This document shows, one piece after another, positions 38,596 to 52,039 of a DNA stretch of 64,000 nt (within the stretch, counting starts at the first letter, position 1; each line of letters begins with the position of its first letter). Location of the stretch: the NCBI GenBank assembly GCA_965112155.1, contig OZ218105.1; one strand, written 5' to 3'. The notes below the pieces were generated by a model, which searched no databases, was not told where the DNA came from, and saw only the letters and a program-made list of their open reading frames with translations. This stretch comes from Podarcis liolepis. Its lineage: Eukaryota. The position numbers were made by a program, and so were the translations under genes.

Positions 38596-38750
38596 GAGCT
38601 GGTGTACTGTGGTGTCTAAGAGTGTGGGCCACGAAGCCCCTGGTCCAATTCTCACTTCACCTCAAAATACACTATTTAACCTAAGCAATTCTCATCTGCA
38701 ACATGGGAATATAATATTGACCTAGGCTACATGGCTAAGGATTACGGAAA
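38596..38750 (+). mobile_element. MIR/CORE-type SINE remnant
   Basis: tRNA-like head followed by core-like TCTCATCTGCAACATGGGAATATAAT. Confidence 0.6.
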
Positions 38751-40029
38751 TACATGCACGGTTCTTCAGGATAAGCATGTCATGGCTCCACAGTAACACT
38801 GGTATTGCACAAATAACTGGCATGGAACCAGTAGTTGTAGTTGTTGGTAGCATTTATATGACACTAGTATCATTGTGAGAATTTCTGTCTCCCCCAAAAA
38901 GAGATTCTACCCATTCCTTGCCCATCAGAACTAGTTGGGAGGCTCTGTCTCCAGATGAAAAGAACCAGGTGTCTTTGAGGTCTTTGCCCACTAGCTTTGG
39001 GCAGCTACCCTGTCAGCTAGCCTGGCTCATCTGTGGTTTTGTCTCTCAACACATCCTCTCCTCCCTCCACATCTTCACTATGCTGCTTTACAGGGGACCC
39101 AAGGTGCATGAAACAGAGAGGCCTAGAGTACAGATGCTCTTGATTCATGCCAAATCTGAAAAATTATGGCCTAGATCCCTTTTAAAGGATTATATCACTA
39201 CAGTTGAGAAGAAATTCCTTTTTTCTCAGCTGCCAGTGCCTCTGCAAAGTTCTATCCAGCTGAGCTATTTTGGATGGTGAATGGCCTTTTAAATCTGGAC
39301 TGTCTCCACCAAAAATTTAATCAGTCCACTGTGGTGAATTTGCTAGCTACTTGTGGAGAAAATTGCATGATTTCAGCATGGCTCAAGGGTCACAACTAAA
39401 TACAAAATCAGGCACTATCTGAACCTGTTTATTTCAATCAATTTCATCTTTCTTGCCCAGTCGTGAAAAGGGTGCACTTTTCTGGGCTATCAATAAGTAG
39501 GACGTAAGTCTGTTTTGATGTGTCAAAGCTAGTTAGGAGAATATGCACCTCTTTCAGGCAGGGAAAGATGTCATATTAAACTTGTATTGTACTGGTTGCA
39601 CTGGTTGCCACTGCATATCAAGTCCCAATTTAAAGTGACAGTGACGCTCCCCCCTTTTAGAAAACGAACGAAAGGTGGTGGCCCTGAGTGCAGAAATGAT
39701 ACGGGGGAAAATATTCACCAGTAGGAGCATCTGACATGGAACTTTGGATCCAACTCTATATAAAAAACACTATGCATTATTATTAGTTATAGTAATTTGT
39801 TTCCTTGTAGTTTATACGATGGTTTTTAACTGTTTTGATTCTAAAATGTATCCACTCTGCTTGTTTATTAATGTTTCTCACACAATTTAAAAGCATGAAA
39901 TGTAGATGACAGATTTCCAAACACCACACTCGCATGTCATATCTGAATAATTACCCACAATTTACAATACATAATGTGAGAAAGAAAAGAATAAAAAATA
40001 AAACCTCTTTGTTTAAATGGGTAAAATTA

Positions 40030-40712
40030 AGGGGATTGCCAATTCGGGGCCTACCAAAGCCCTACCTGGTGTCACTAAGACGACCTGTTACACCTTGCCC
40101 CCCTTTTGAGTGCAATTTGGCTTGAAAAATGTTATCTGAGAAAAGCCTTTTTTTCAAACTAACTGTGGTACAGAGACCAATTTCAGGAGTGGCCACAGCT
40201 GGAGAAGGGCTCACTCTGCTCCTCAGCCTTGATCCACTGCATTGCAATTAGGCTTGAAAGAAGCCTTGTACTGGCTACCATATTAGGTTTAATTTCAACA
40301 GGGAGGGTTAATTTCAAGGTATGTCAGAAGGAAAGGGAAGCGTTAACCCTCCCCAGCTGTGACTGTACCGTCTCCCAACCCAAAATTCCCTGCACTGCAA
40401 TTAAGCCTCTAAGAAGTGTCCTATTGGTTACAGTAGAAGGCTTTATGTCTTCTTTCAAGCCTAATTGCAATAAGGGGAGAACTGTTTTCAAGCCTAATGG
40501 GTGGCAGTGGAGATCTTCATGGAGAGGGCAGCTGGGAAGAAAGCATTAACTTGCATCAGTTGCTTTCATACCACTCTACTCTCATTACAGGCCAAAACAC
40601 TTTCTTCAAACCTAATGCGGGGTGGGGCGGATAAGTGTGTGTGCTTGGTTGCAGTGTGGGATGAGTGATGCCTACAACAAATTTGAAGGGGCCAAAAAGT
40701 TGGCAATGCCTG
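40030..40712. mobile_element. hAT-type non-autonomous element, about 680 bp
   Basis: Termini AGGGGATTGCCAATT / AAGTTGGCAATGCCTG; flanks GGGTAAAA / GGGTAAAT; symmetric internal repeats. Confidence 0.65.
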
Positions 40713-42216
40713 GGGTAAATGATTCCATGGCCTGGTGCAGATGTAACAATGGTTAAGAAATTCAGAGCAGACTGGGGTTATATATACCCTTAGCCCCTCT
40801 TCCTCTAACTAAGGTTAATAGCAACCAGTGTCTCATTTAATGAGGGTCTGAAGTGAGGGTTCCAAACCCTCATGCTTAGTTAGTGCAGATGTAACTTTAA
40901 GCCATCAGAAGGGTAGGCAAAATTAATACACAAGAGAGAAAGGCCAGAAGATAAACTCAGACAAAGCTAATTTACACAACGCAAAATGTGAATCTGGCAA
41001 AAGCCGTGGCTATAATACCGCAAGTTTGTAATTATCTGTATGAGAACCTTAACATTCCAACATTTCCATCTCTAAGTTGATGCTGTTCTCTTAATTTGTA
41101 CAGAGATTAATAACTAAAAGCAAATCTAAACCCTAGGTCAAAACACCGCTGTAACCATTAAAACATTAAAACCACAATAGCACAAACATTTCTGGAAATG
41201 AACAAGCAGCATCCTGTTTACTGAAGTATGCCGTGTGTAATTTATTAGAGGGGGAAACAAAACAAAAAGGCAAACATACAGTGCCTAAGTCTCTGCAATC
41301 AGAATATTTCATAAAGGGAGAAAGGAACATATGGACTGCATAGAATTAATTCAAGGTTACAGCTTGACCAACTCTGAAGGTCCAGACCAGTATCCAAAGC
41401 AACTCCAACCCCACTCGCAAACCAGTAAAATTTCACTGGTAGCGAAGTATCAGAGAACTTCCCCACTTTGCATACAGACTTAACTGCAAACCTTGATCGC
41501 CAGCCTGACTAGGCCATTTCCCCAAAGTTTCCAAAAAGTGTACAGGCATGGGTTAGTGAACATGTAATGGGGACAGTTCCATTACTGAAAGTCACCCATC
41601 AAGAATGTTAGTGCTCTAAAATCAGTGTTTATGTGGCATCATTAAAGTAATGATGGGAGCTTACCATCTCTGTGGTACATTGGTCCTAAACTGTTGAAGG
41701 TTCTAGGTTAAAACCAATTCTTTGTATTTTTGCAGCAAAAAAATGAACAAGGAGGCAAGAAGACATCCGACAACTAATATGTTCCTAAAAGCTTCCCCTA
41801 ATATCTAGTGGGCCATCACATTCTGAACCAGCTGAAGCTTTTAAACAGTCTTCAAGAGCAACTGAGCATTCAATACATAGCACTGAGACAACAGAGACAC
41901 AAATAACTGTCACCAGGTTTGAAGAATTATGCAAATGTAAAGTACATCACTAAAACAGCCTTGTTTTAAGCGCTCAGCTAGTAGCCATCGATGCCAAGGA
42001 ATTGAATGCAGGTACACGAAGGAACAAAGTGCTCCATCCCTCCTCTTCACCCGACATACTACCCAAGGAGGGAAGCTCTCTCCTTTGCATGTTGTAGCTC
42101 CCTGTCCTTACACTGTCAGATCCTACCAGGCTGGGTTTTTCTTTTTTACAAATGCTAGTCAGTAACCTTTGGGGCTTAGTTGCAAGACTGAATTTAAAAC
42201 AATAAAACCAACATAC

Positions 42217-42331
42217 CTCTGAAAGGAACTTATTCTGCCCCTGCTTTGCCTTAAATCTCTTAATCTTTTGCTGAATTCTCCTGTCTTTGTCCAATACTTC
42301 CACAGATGCCCATTGACAGTGAAGGTAAGAG
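42217..42331 (-). CDS. CHD7: CHD7 exon 8 (SYLHCQWAS...QNKFLSE)
   Basis: tttag|CTC, GAG|gtatgt; 115 bp. Confidence 0.96.
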
Positions 42332-42576
42332 CTAAAAATAAATGGAAGAAAACACAAATTCAAACATGCAACATCCTAGTTTTCCAGCTATTAAGCACTT
42401 AGTCACAGCTTGATATTTATGAAAAATAATTGTGTACAAATTAGGACTCTCCATTTTAAGGCATCCTTATTTAATTTTTGAGGAAAAACACAACACACAC
42501 ATTTGAATATAGATGAACTGGGTCAAGGAGTCTTCCTCTTTTACTCATTCTGAATGATGATGATGATGATGATGAT

Positions 42577-43625
42577 CATCGGCCCCAGACACACTGATCT
42601 GATGTTTGAAAGCTGTGGCTGGATGGCTATGTGGGAGCCGGATGAAGTTAAATCCTTCAAAGACAAGGTCCTTTGGCTGGGTCAGGACTATATGGGGTTG
42701 GGGGGCAAACTCCCATCCCTTGCGGGGGCACAATTAGTGCCAGCGCCTTCCGTCAAGAGACGCCTCCCTTTCTATGGAGGCGCAGGTTACAGCTACAACA
42801 AAGGCGGCATTTTTTCATCTCCACCGAGCTAAGCAGTCGGCCCCTTATCTCTCTCACCCTGACCTTGCCACTGTGATCTATGCGACAGTCACCTCCAGGC
42901 TTGATTATTGTAACTCACTCTACGTGGGGCAGCCCTTGAAACTGACCCAGAAACTCCAGCGGGTGCAGAATGCCGCGGCGAGACTCCTCACGGGGTCCTC
43001 GCCACGGGAGCACATTAATCTGCTGCTATACCAGCTGCACTGGCTCCCGGTGGAGTACAGGATCAGGTTTAAGGTGCTGCATAGCCTAGGACCCTCATAC
43101 ATACGGGACCGCCTCTCCTGTTATGCAAATAAGGTCTGCAAATAATAACACCCTGAAGATCCCAGGCCCCAGGGAGATTAGACTGGCCTCGACCAGAGCC
43201 AGGGCCTTTTCGGCCCTGGCCTGATGGAACACTCTCTCACAAGAGACCAGGGCCCTGCGGGATTTGACATCTTTCTGCAGGGCCTGCAAGATGGAGCTGT
43301 TCCGCCAGGCCTTTGGTCAGGGTTCAGTCTGATTCTTTTCTTTCTGTATAAGAACAAGCATTAGAGGCCTCCTAGCCTGCTCACAGGTCCTTTAAAGACC
43401 AGTGGTAACAGTTGGCCCTGGAGAATATTAACCACTCTCAATTTTACCCGTGGACTGCCATCTGTCCAGATTTTAATTTGCTCTGAACTAATTTTAAGAT
43501 GTATTTTAATTAATTGATTGCCTGTTTTTATGTTCTTATGTTCTTTGTATACTGTGTTAGTTTAGTGATGTTAGCTGACCTGAGCCCAGCTCTGGCGGGG
43601 TGCAAATAAATCATCATCATCATCA
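42577..43625 (+). mobile_element. L2-clade LINE 3' portion, relatively young (CpG-rich), antisense to CHD7
   Basis: ORF 42774..43145: SRLDYCNSLY, KLQRVQNAAARLLTG, LHWLPVEYRIRFKVL; ends AATAAA then (TCA)n. Confidence 0.9.
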
Positions 43626-45005
43626 TGATGGAATTAGCTCACAATATACATTTTTGTTCATGAAACAGCACTGATCTTCCACAGGCATAAGTCTGTGCAG
43701 AGAAAAGTACTGTAAAGCCTGCACAATAACAGACAATTCCTGTGACTGTTGTGACAAAAAGCATAATCCAACAAAAGTTAATTTGCCTTGTCCCACTGAA
43801 ATCAAAGAGACTAAGTATTTCAACAGAATTAAAGTTCTTTTAAATATTTGTAAACAAATTTATTTTAATCTGATTTTACAACTGTAAGTAGTATATCTAG
43901 TATACTGTAGTATATCTAGTATGTGTTGTGTGAACTGCCTGAGTTGTGACTGACTGTAAGCCCAATTTTGGAACATGCTGCTCTATTATAATTTTAATTT
44001 GCAAGTTGCTTTAAATAAATTCAAATAATAAAAGATGTGTATGGAGTCATAACAACCCATGTTTTAATGTCATTTAACAGCCTTTTAATCTTATTATGAG
44101 CTGCCACCTTTCATTCTTATTTTAATGACTTGTATTGATATTTTATTTTTATTGTATTTTAATTAAATCTGTTTGTAAACTATCCTGCCTTAACAGTAGG
44201 GTATAACTCTCAAAAATAAAGAAAACCAATGCCATGTTGCCTTTTTTGTGATTTTTTTCTTTAGGTGAAAAGTAGGCTTTCGAAAAGTGCAACTTTAGTA
44301 GTCAACCTAGCCAATGAGGATCATGTAATGAACATTGCAACATCAAGGCACTGAACAGTCAATCACATTTGGCTATGAGTCATAACCACTAAATGTAAAC
44401 AAAGCCTTCTGATGACCCACACCCTTAATAGGAGGGGGAAATAGAGGTGGACTACATCCCAGGCAACCAGACAGTGATCCTTGTATTGCATCATTAAACT
44501 GGTGAGATCATTGTCCATTGCACTAGTGATACAGAGCAAGATCTCTAAGTCAATCCTGCTCCAGCTGCATTCAGTTACATGACTAGCTGAAACAGAATGT
44601 GGATGGAGGTGTATCCCCATCTTATTCTGCCACAACTAGTTAACTACACAACTAGCTTAGCAAATGTACTATTGGTCTGGTCTCCTCTGCCATTAGAATG
44701 TGCATCTCTTGATGCTTGCACCCACTTCCTTGTGAACCTTTGTAAGGTGGTGATGAGCCCTACCCCAATTTTGTCTCTGCAAGTCATAACAGAAGCACTA
44801 GCCTTGAACAAAAATACTTTTAAAAAAATGGAAACAAAAAATTAATTTCTTACCTAAAAATGCTACAGAGAAAAATGATGGCAAAAAAATAAAGATCAGT
44901 AATTCTAAACTGAATGGGTGAAAAAATGTGTTTACTCTTTCGTGATTAAGGTTTGCACAGTAGCAACAGTTATGTTAGATGGCAATGATGGATTAAATTT
45001 AAATA

Positions 45006-45316
45006 CAAGGTCGACTCTCAACTTACGTTGGGGTTACGTTCCAGGAATAGCGTCTAAAGCCAAACTCACATACAGAAAAAACACACTCTACTTGTGACTC
45101 TTAATACTCTCCCAAGGCTGCATGTACTCTTCCAAGGCTAGAAAACATTCTCCCTGAACCTATGAATGCTATTCAAGGTGAGTGCAATTGCAATGAGCTT
45201 GCCGACATTCTGTTCCTGGATGCCTGTCCCTTTTTATTTATTTTTGGGTTTTTCCTGGCCAAGCACATAAAGCTGAATTTGCACAAGTTAAATGTGTGTA
45301 AGTTGGGAGTTGACTG
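45006..45316. mobile_element. Tigger/pogo-type MITE
   Basis: Termini CAAGGTCGACTCTCAACTTAC / GTAAGTTGGGAGTTGACTG; TA on both sides. Confidence 0.75.
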
Positions 45317-45351
45317 TACTTCAAGTAATTTTGAAGTTATTGCTTACTTAC

Positions 45352-45407
45352 AAGTTTTTGTATTTTACATAGAATTCTTCAGTTTCTACTTCCTCTCCAT
45401 TCTCCAT
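45352..45407 (-). CDS. CHD7: CHD7 exon 7 (MENGEEVETEEFYVKYKNF)
   Basis: Read manually; tacag|ATG, CTT|gtaagt; 56 bp. Confidence 0.95.
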
Positions 45408-46295
45408 CTGTAAAAAGATACTCACGATGTTAATTATGAACTCTGCTATAAGTTATCACCTTCAACTTACATATAATGTAACACAGATTGGAATTTAACA
45501 ATAGGAAGGTTTATTGTATGGCATTTTTTTAAAGAAAAGGGGAAGAATGATATAGGTAAAGGGTTTTCTACATCTGTCTGCCCATGAACATTCTGCACTA
45601 CTTATTACAACACCAAGACATGAATCATTTTAACTCCTCCCTAACCGCATGCAGCTTCATTCACAACAAGCTGACCCCAACTCTGGCTTCCAGCCAAACC
45701 AACAGTGTTAAGGAGAAGCCAAGTGTACCATTTTCTCAGGCAGCAGCCAATTAGCAACTGCACTCGTGAATGCCATATGTATTATTTTTGGCTGGTGCCT
45801 GGCAACTTTATATTGTGGTTTTTGTAACATGTTCAAGTAGTGTTTTAACAGCGTTTATACTTCCATATTGTTAGCACTGATAATAAGAAACTGTATGAAA
45901 CTGAACCTTTCACTTCTAATCGTAGTTTTAACATGTTATTGTTCATGATGTTAGTTTTACTCAACGGTGCAATTAAATTCATTCTGACAAGTGACCTTGC
46001 ATGCAGAGCAGCCAAATTAAATTAATGCCCAAAATATAACATTTAATAAGGCTAAAACTGTGACAAAAAATCTTAAACCAATACTAAGTGTCAATAAAAT
46101 AAATTTATGCAGGCTGTGTGGCATGTTCTGCAACTTCAACATTTTTTTAAAAAAACCCAGAAAGAAAACCTCAGATTTTGATACAGTTTAAGGTATAATT
46201 TCATCCTGAAGTCTGGCCTGCTTTCCACATAATGCTAAGGTATGGTTTGTTTAGATCAACCATTATTTGTTCCATTGTGTAAACCCAAACCAGTA

Positions 46296-46546
46296 CAGTC
46301 GTACCTTGGATCTGAAACACCTTGGTTCCTGAGCAAATCAGCTCCCAAACGATCAAAACCCAGAAGTGAGTGTTCCAGTTTACGAACGCTCTTTTGGCAG
46401 CCAAACATCCGATGGGGCTTCTGCGGCTTCCGATTGGTTGCAAGAGCTTCCTGCAGCCAATCAGAAGCCACACTTTGGTTTCCAAATGTTTTGGAAGTCG
46501 AACAGACTTCCAGAACAGATTCTATTCAACTTCTGAGGTATGACTG
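46296..46546. mobile_element. MITE family A copy 2, same orientation as 2056
   Basis: CAGTCGTACCTTGGA / TCTGAGGTATGACTG, TA flanks; interior aligns with 2056-2274. Confidence 0.9.
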
Positions 46547-47622
46547 TAGTTTATCCATAGCTTGTTTCTTCCCAACAAACCACAATCATAAGCAATGGTT
46601 TGTGGATGACGTATGAAGCTTGGCTTATTATGTGCAAACCTGATATAGTTTATTGCCCTGCCCCAGATGCTCACTGAAACCATGTGGCAAGAGCGGTAGA
46701 AAAACAAATCCGTTCCCATGGCTCAGTGGCTCTCATTGGTGCTTTGTCTCATAAACTCACTCCTAACTCTGCCTACCAATAGACTTCTTTCCCTGCCTCT
46801 CTCTATGTCCTCCCTCACAAGGCAGGTAGCTTTGCAGCTGCTGCCAAGGAGGAGGAAATTTAAAGTGACCACAGGCCAGTTCACCCTACTAACATCTAAA
46901 ATAGGATGAATAAGGAAGCAACAAAGTTAAACCAACCATACACCGCACACCAATTTACTTTCTTAAATTGTAGCACCATTTATATATGATTTGTTTAAAA
47001 ACAGGGATACCCAGCAATTGTTGGGGAAAATACTATTATTGGACCAAAAAAAACTTTCATGTGAGCTTGCAATCAACACCCAATACTGCCCATAAGAAAG
47101 GACTATTGCTTGCAACTTGCACCTCATGGCTTCGGGGTAATTAGCACTTTCTGTGCAAACATCTGATTAACAATCCACATGGTGCCCTGAAGTCTCCATT
47201 CTGTTTTCACAAACCTAGAAACAATAATCCCTGACCTTGGTGTTTTTGTGTTTCTGTGTGTATTCTGCACCTTCTTTAAGAGGTGGGCTTTCCAGACCCA
47301 CAGTAGGAATTATGAAATCTGCCTCCATCTGTTCCATTTTCTAGTGCAATGAACTAGCAAAATGATGTGTTGGTCAGCTGTAGCAACCCTCCAGAATGGC
47401 CTCCCCAAACCTTTAAAAACTATTGCCTTTGCTGGCTGAAGAGGACAGATAGGATAGCCAATTTATAGCATCCCTTGACTCTCAGAGGGCATGGGATGAG
47501 GAGGTCACAATGTTCATCATTCTTTTTTACCACATGTACAGGAAGGCCTTGCAGATCAGTTTCTGAATGATGCCATTTTCCCCGGCTCTTCGAGGAAATG
47601 TGCCACTGCAATGCCACCCTCT

Positions 47623-47700
47623 TCAGGGGAAAGACCCAGACCAGCCAAATGTCCCAGCCAGATGGGTAGGATATAAATAAATTATCATTATCATTATCAA
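47623..47700 (+). mobile_element. L2-related retroposon 3' end
   Basis: CCCAGCCAGATGGGTAGGATATAAATAAATTATCATTATC; same family as 35957-36065. Confidence 0.6.
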
Positions 47701-47914
47701 CAGCACCCAGGAAACCAAGACACTTGAACCAGGCACAACATTAGTTTTAAGTTTCTGACCTGGTGTGCATGAAACACTAAGGCATAGTTTGAATAGTTTA
47801 ACCATAGTTTGACAGTTTGAACAAAGTTGACTAGCTTAACCAAGACTTGTTTGTTCCCAAGAAACCACAACTACAAGCCACCTGGCCAGTCCAGAAAGTC
47901 TCCTTTCTACAATA

Positions 47915-48058
47915 GAATGGGAGATTGTGGACTCTCCTTCCTTAGAGGTTTTGAAGCAGAAGTTGGATGGCCATCTGTCATGAATACTTTCAACTGAGAT
48001 TCCTGCATTGCAGGGGATTGGATTAGATGACCCTTGGGGTCCATGATTCCTTCAACTT
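47915..48058 (+). mobile_element. CR1 LINE 3' fragment
   Basis: GTGGACTCTCCTTCCTTAGAGGTTTT...TTGGATTAGATGACC; aligns with 63021-63202. Confidence 0.85.
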
Positions 48059-49399
48059 CAGGACAAGGTTGGGGCCAGCACTGTTACTACTTTCAAGCAC
48101 ATGCCTTTCTAGTGCTGCACCCACTGCCCTCTCCAATGATTCCCCATGTCAAGGTGCCACAACATCTTCAGGAACATTTTATACACACTCAGATTGGTGG
48201 TGGAATGCCAGCATCCTCACTTTTGAGTACACTAAATATCCTGGCCAATCTACAACAGTGTAAAGTCATCAGAAATAGGCTGGAGTGACTGCATGTATGC
48301 ATCAACATGTACAGTAGCCCACTGACTTAGACATGACTCAAGGTACCCACAATAGGTGGCAATCTCTATTTCCACCTTTAGCATACACTTAATCCCCTTC
48401 ATGTCCAAAGATCCAACCTTCTCCCAAGCCAGTTTCCTCCTTCTAATGCCTTTAAAGTATTTGGGACACTATTGGTCTCACACCCAACTCTTAGCTGGAA
48501 ATAAAGTTAATAACTGATTTGAATATGACTCTAGTTTGACAAACTAATTATATTTTATTGGTGTCATATTCAATATTCATAAAAATAGTGTAACACAAAT
48601 TACAAACAACTGGGGAACACTGTATTCCTCAGTGACAACTTAAAACTCCTTATTGGGCTATCGGGAAGCTCTGGAAGAGAAAATAGAAGAGAAAGCAAAA
48701 CAGAAACCTAAAATGCACTAAAAAAATACTGGATTCATTGAAGGGACCTATTATCCCTCAATAGTCTTAATAGGATTTCCACCCCAAAGTGTATTAAAAA
48801 TATGAATACAATATTGAAAGTTGGTTCTATGAGAGTGTTAAAGCCAACACTTTACTAAAGAGTAGAATTAATCCCCATAGTAAAATTTACCCTTGCGTCA
48901 GGCTGCAGCTGAATGAGGGATTCTAAGGACAAGCCCTTGAACAGTACATTTAACCCAGTAGCAAGGCTGTGGGGGGAAACCAGCATTGCCTTCCTGGTTT
49001 CCCAACAGCACAGAGAGGGAAGGAAAGAAGGGGTAGGGATTCCCAATACAGTTGCCCAAGTACTGCATTTAATCCCCATGGCCGAGGATCAATGGAAATC
49101 ACACATTTTTCTTCATGGAATCCCTTGGGACTGCTTCGCAGAACCCCAGGGTCCCATGGATCAGTTTGGGAAACACTGGTTTGTGGTAATTCAGGCCATA
49201 TATTGTAAAAAAAGTGTTAACTTTCAAAATCAGAGGGATAAAAAGGTATATTTTATTCTGTTCACTTGGGCATTTCCTCAGCTTCAAGAATCTTAACATC
49301 TATTTTTCTGCAAATCATGCAACCTTAAGAACAACCCTGTGTATCTATCAGAACACAGCATTCTTCCCCATTGTTTACCATCACAACTGGTGTTCAGTG

Positions 49400-50115
49400 G
49401 CATACCCAACAGTGCCCCCAACCTGTAAGAATTCAGGCTGTTTATTGGCCTTCGTCCAGTTCGATACTGCCTCCAGGCAGCAGTCTAGCACCTGCACTGC
49501 CTCGTCCAATATGGTTGACACAGAGCTGGGTATCATCAGCATTCTGACGACACCACGCCCCTTAATCCCCAGATGACCTCAACCAAGTGGCTTCATATTA
49601 ATATTAAAGAGCCTAGTGGAGAGAAAGGAACCCTTTCATACCTTGCAGCATTACAAGGAGGACACCAAAGCCAATGCTATCAAGAGCTGCCAAGAGTCTG
49701 AAGAACCAAGAAGGTTGCACTCCTCTTTTCTCTCTCCCTGCACTGGTAACCAACCAGGGTGACCAAGGCAATTTTGGTGTCAAAATCAGGCCTAAAACTT
49801 GGTTGCAACCAGGATGCTTCCAGATCTAAGCTTATTACCAGAAATGGGTTATTTAGATATGGGTCTATGTCCGTGATTGGCATGTGAGTGCACACATTTT
49901 CAAAGGCATTTGGTTGTTTCCAACACACAGCAGTGGGTGGTGCCTGACATAATGTTTCCATGCTATGGAATGCTCTCCCCAGGGGCATGAGCATGTATCA
50001 CGTGGAGTTACTGAGGCAATAGGCCCAATAACAATGATGGCACGAGGCATCCTTAGGCATTCCCTGGGGAGAGCATTCCACATACAGGTGGTCACCACTG
50101 AAAAGGCCCATTCTG
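49400..50115 (-). mobile_element. Degraded L2-clade fragments (RT region and 3' end pieces)
   Basis: Reverse-strand YADDTQL-like motif near 49520-49545; ORF remnants QPSFRPDFDTKIALV and AFSVV...WNALP. Confidence 0.65.
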
Positions 50116-51149
50116 ATTTATGGCAAATGACAAATTCAGTAGTCATACCTGGGAGAAGAATTAACAACAACTTTACAATAAAGTATGACAAGCCTTCAGA
50201 CTTCCATTTTTTAAAAGTAGAGTGTATGGTCCTAGAGGAATCAAGGGACTACAATTTTTAATAATATTAGAAAAAGTTGAGCATCAGATAGTCAATATCT
50301 AGCAGAAGCAATAGAAAAAGACCACAATATAAGATACTTCAGAGGTTAAACAATTCCAGACTGTCAACAGAGGAGCTTATTGGACGAAGGAGATTATTCA
50401 CCAAAATAATGATAGTAATATGTATAATATTTTTCAAAAAATGAAAAGAACTCATAATTAAGAAACAATGTTTGCAATCAGAAACTAGTAATTATACTAA
50501 AAATATTCTAAAAACTGGAGCAAAACTTACACTACTTAAGTGTTAACTACAGTTTAATGCTTCAAAGCAAAAATGAAAGTTTCTGAATGCCTCTATCTTG
50601 TGCCTCCTTGCACCAATGCAGAAAAAGTATTTGATGTTGTGAGTTAAACATTAATCCAGGCTAAATGTTCTTGGAATAGTGAGTTATATCACAGGAACAA
50701 AAGGCAGTGAACAAGCAGCATGCAGAACTTGTTGAGTCTCAAATATTCACATGACACGATACCACTTGCAAAAATACAAATCTAATAATACCTCCCTATA
50801 AAGATCCCACTATTACAATAATGGAGTGTCCCAATCAGTATTTCCCCCCCAGTATTTTGTTGCTATTTGTCTAAGGAAGCTGTTTTGTAGTGTTTCATGA
50901 TCTTTCACTGTGAGCTTCCCATTTTCCAATTTCCTTGCACAGTATCTTGCTCATTATTAAGTAGTGATTTAAATCACTGATTTAAAAATCACCTTAATTT
51001 AATCTAGTGGGATAGGCAGCTTAAACATGCATTTTCAGTTGCATATACAGGTTTTAAAACCACCTGTGAAATCCTTTTTTTTGTTTTTTGTTTAGCAATT
51101 ATGAAATAAACAAGCACTGAGATATGAAGTTTTGTTTTGTTTAAATTAC

Positions 51150-51215
51150 CTGCTTCTTGACTGTACGGCTACTCATGATTTTCTCTACGACAGGACCTTC
51201 AGCATCAGCAGATTC
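51150..51215 (-). CDS. CHD7: CHD7 exon 6 (ESADAEGPVVEKIMSSRTVKKQ), start of chromodomain 1
   Basis: Read manually, not in ORF track; tgtag|GAA, CAG|gtaatt; 66 bp. Confidence 0.95.
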
Positions 51216-51682
51216 CTACAATTAAACATTTCACAGTAGTTACATAGGTGAAAAAAAGTGCAAAGGAGCAACCAGTCTGATTATAGAGATCCTGATGAAC
51301 TCATAATGCTTTCTTTCAACATGAGAGTGAACATTATGGAGTTCAGTTCAGTGGTACAAATTTTAAGAAAATAGCCTATCACTCCTTTTCTGGTGTTGCT
51401 GAGTTAATGGTAGCTGAGGCAGAATTGATATTCATGGTATTACCCCCCCCCCATTTTCTCCGACTCCTCCCCTGTGTCTGAAAAACCACCAAGAAGCTAA
51501 ATAGATAAATAAATAAATAAATCCTAGACTCTCTCTTGATTTCCACATTTCCAAGGATTCCCTGTGTATATATATTTAGCAGTGTTTCACATTCTAAAAA
51601 GGAGCAAGAGAAACTGATAGAGAAGGATAAAGAACTGGAAGAAAAGAAAAAAAGGAGGAAGAGCTTATGCTTCTGGAGCTAC

Positions 51683-51880
51683 CAACATTAAGAAGAGCTA
51701 TACTGGAGAAGCCCAAAGGCCTACTGAGTCCAGTACTATGTTCTCATAGTGGGCAACCAAATGTCTATGAGCAGCTTACAAGACGTACATGAGTGTAATA
51801 GCACTCTCCTACTCATGATGCCCAGCAACCAGCATTCATATGTAAAATGCCTGATACAGGAGGTAATATATAGCCATCGT
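51683..51880 (-). mobile_element. CR1-related 3' UTR fragment
   Basis: AACATTAAGAAGAGC...CTGGA...AAAGGCC...GTCCAG pattern, the reverse complement of a reptile CR1-type 3' end. Confidence 0.5.
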
Positions 51881-51890
51881 GAGTTGTAAG

Positions 51891-51990
51891 AGCCAGTGTG
51901 GTATAGCAGTTAGAGCCAGACTGTGACTAAGATCAGGTTCAAATCCCCACTTGGCCATGAGGCTCACTGGGTGGCTCCAAGTTAGCCACC
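51891..51990 (+). mobile_element. tRNA-derived SINE head
   Basis: A box TGTGGTATAGCAGTTAG, B box GGTTCAAATCC, then GGCCATGA...CACTGGGTG. Confidence 0.7.
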
Positions 51991-52039
51991 AATTCACAGC
52001 CAATAGGTTTGGCCTTTCTCTACCAAGAGAAAAATGTCT

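Noticed and set aside
48300-50520. Possible L1-like remnants at 48300-48540 and 50250-50520
   Set aside because: No recognisable motif by eye; needs a profile search.
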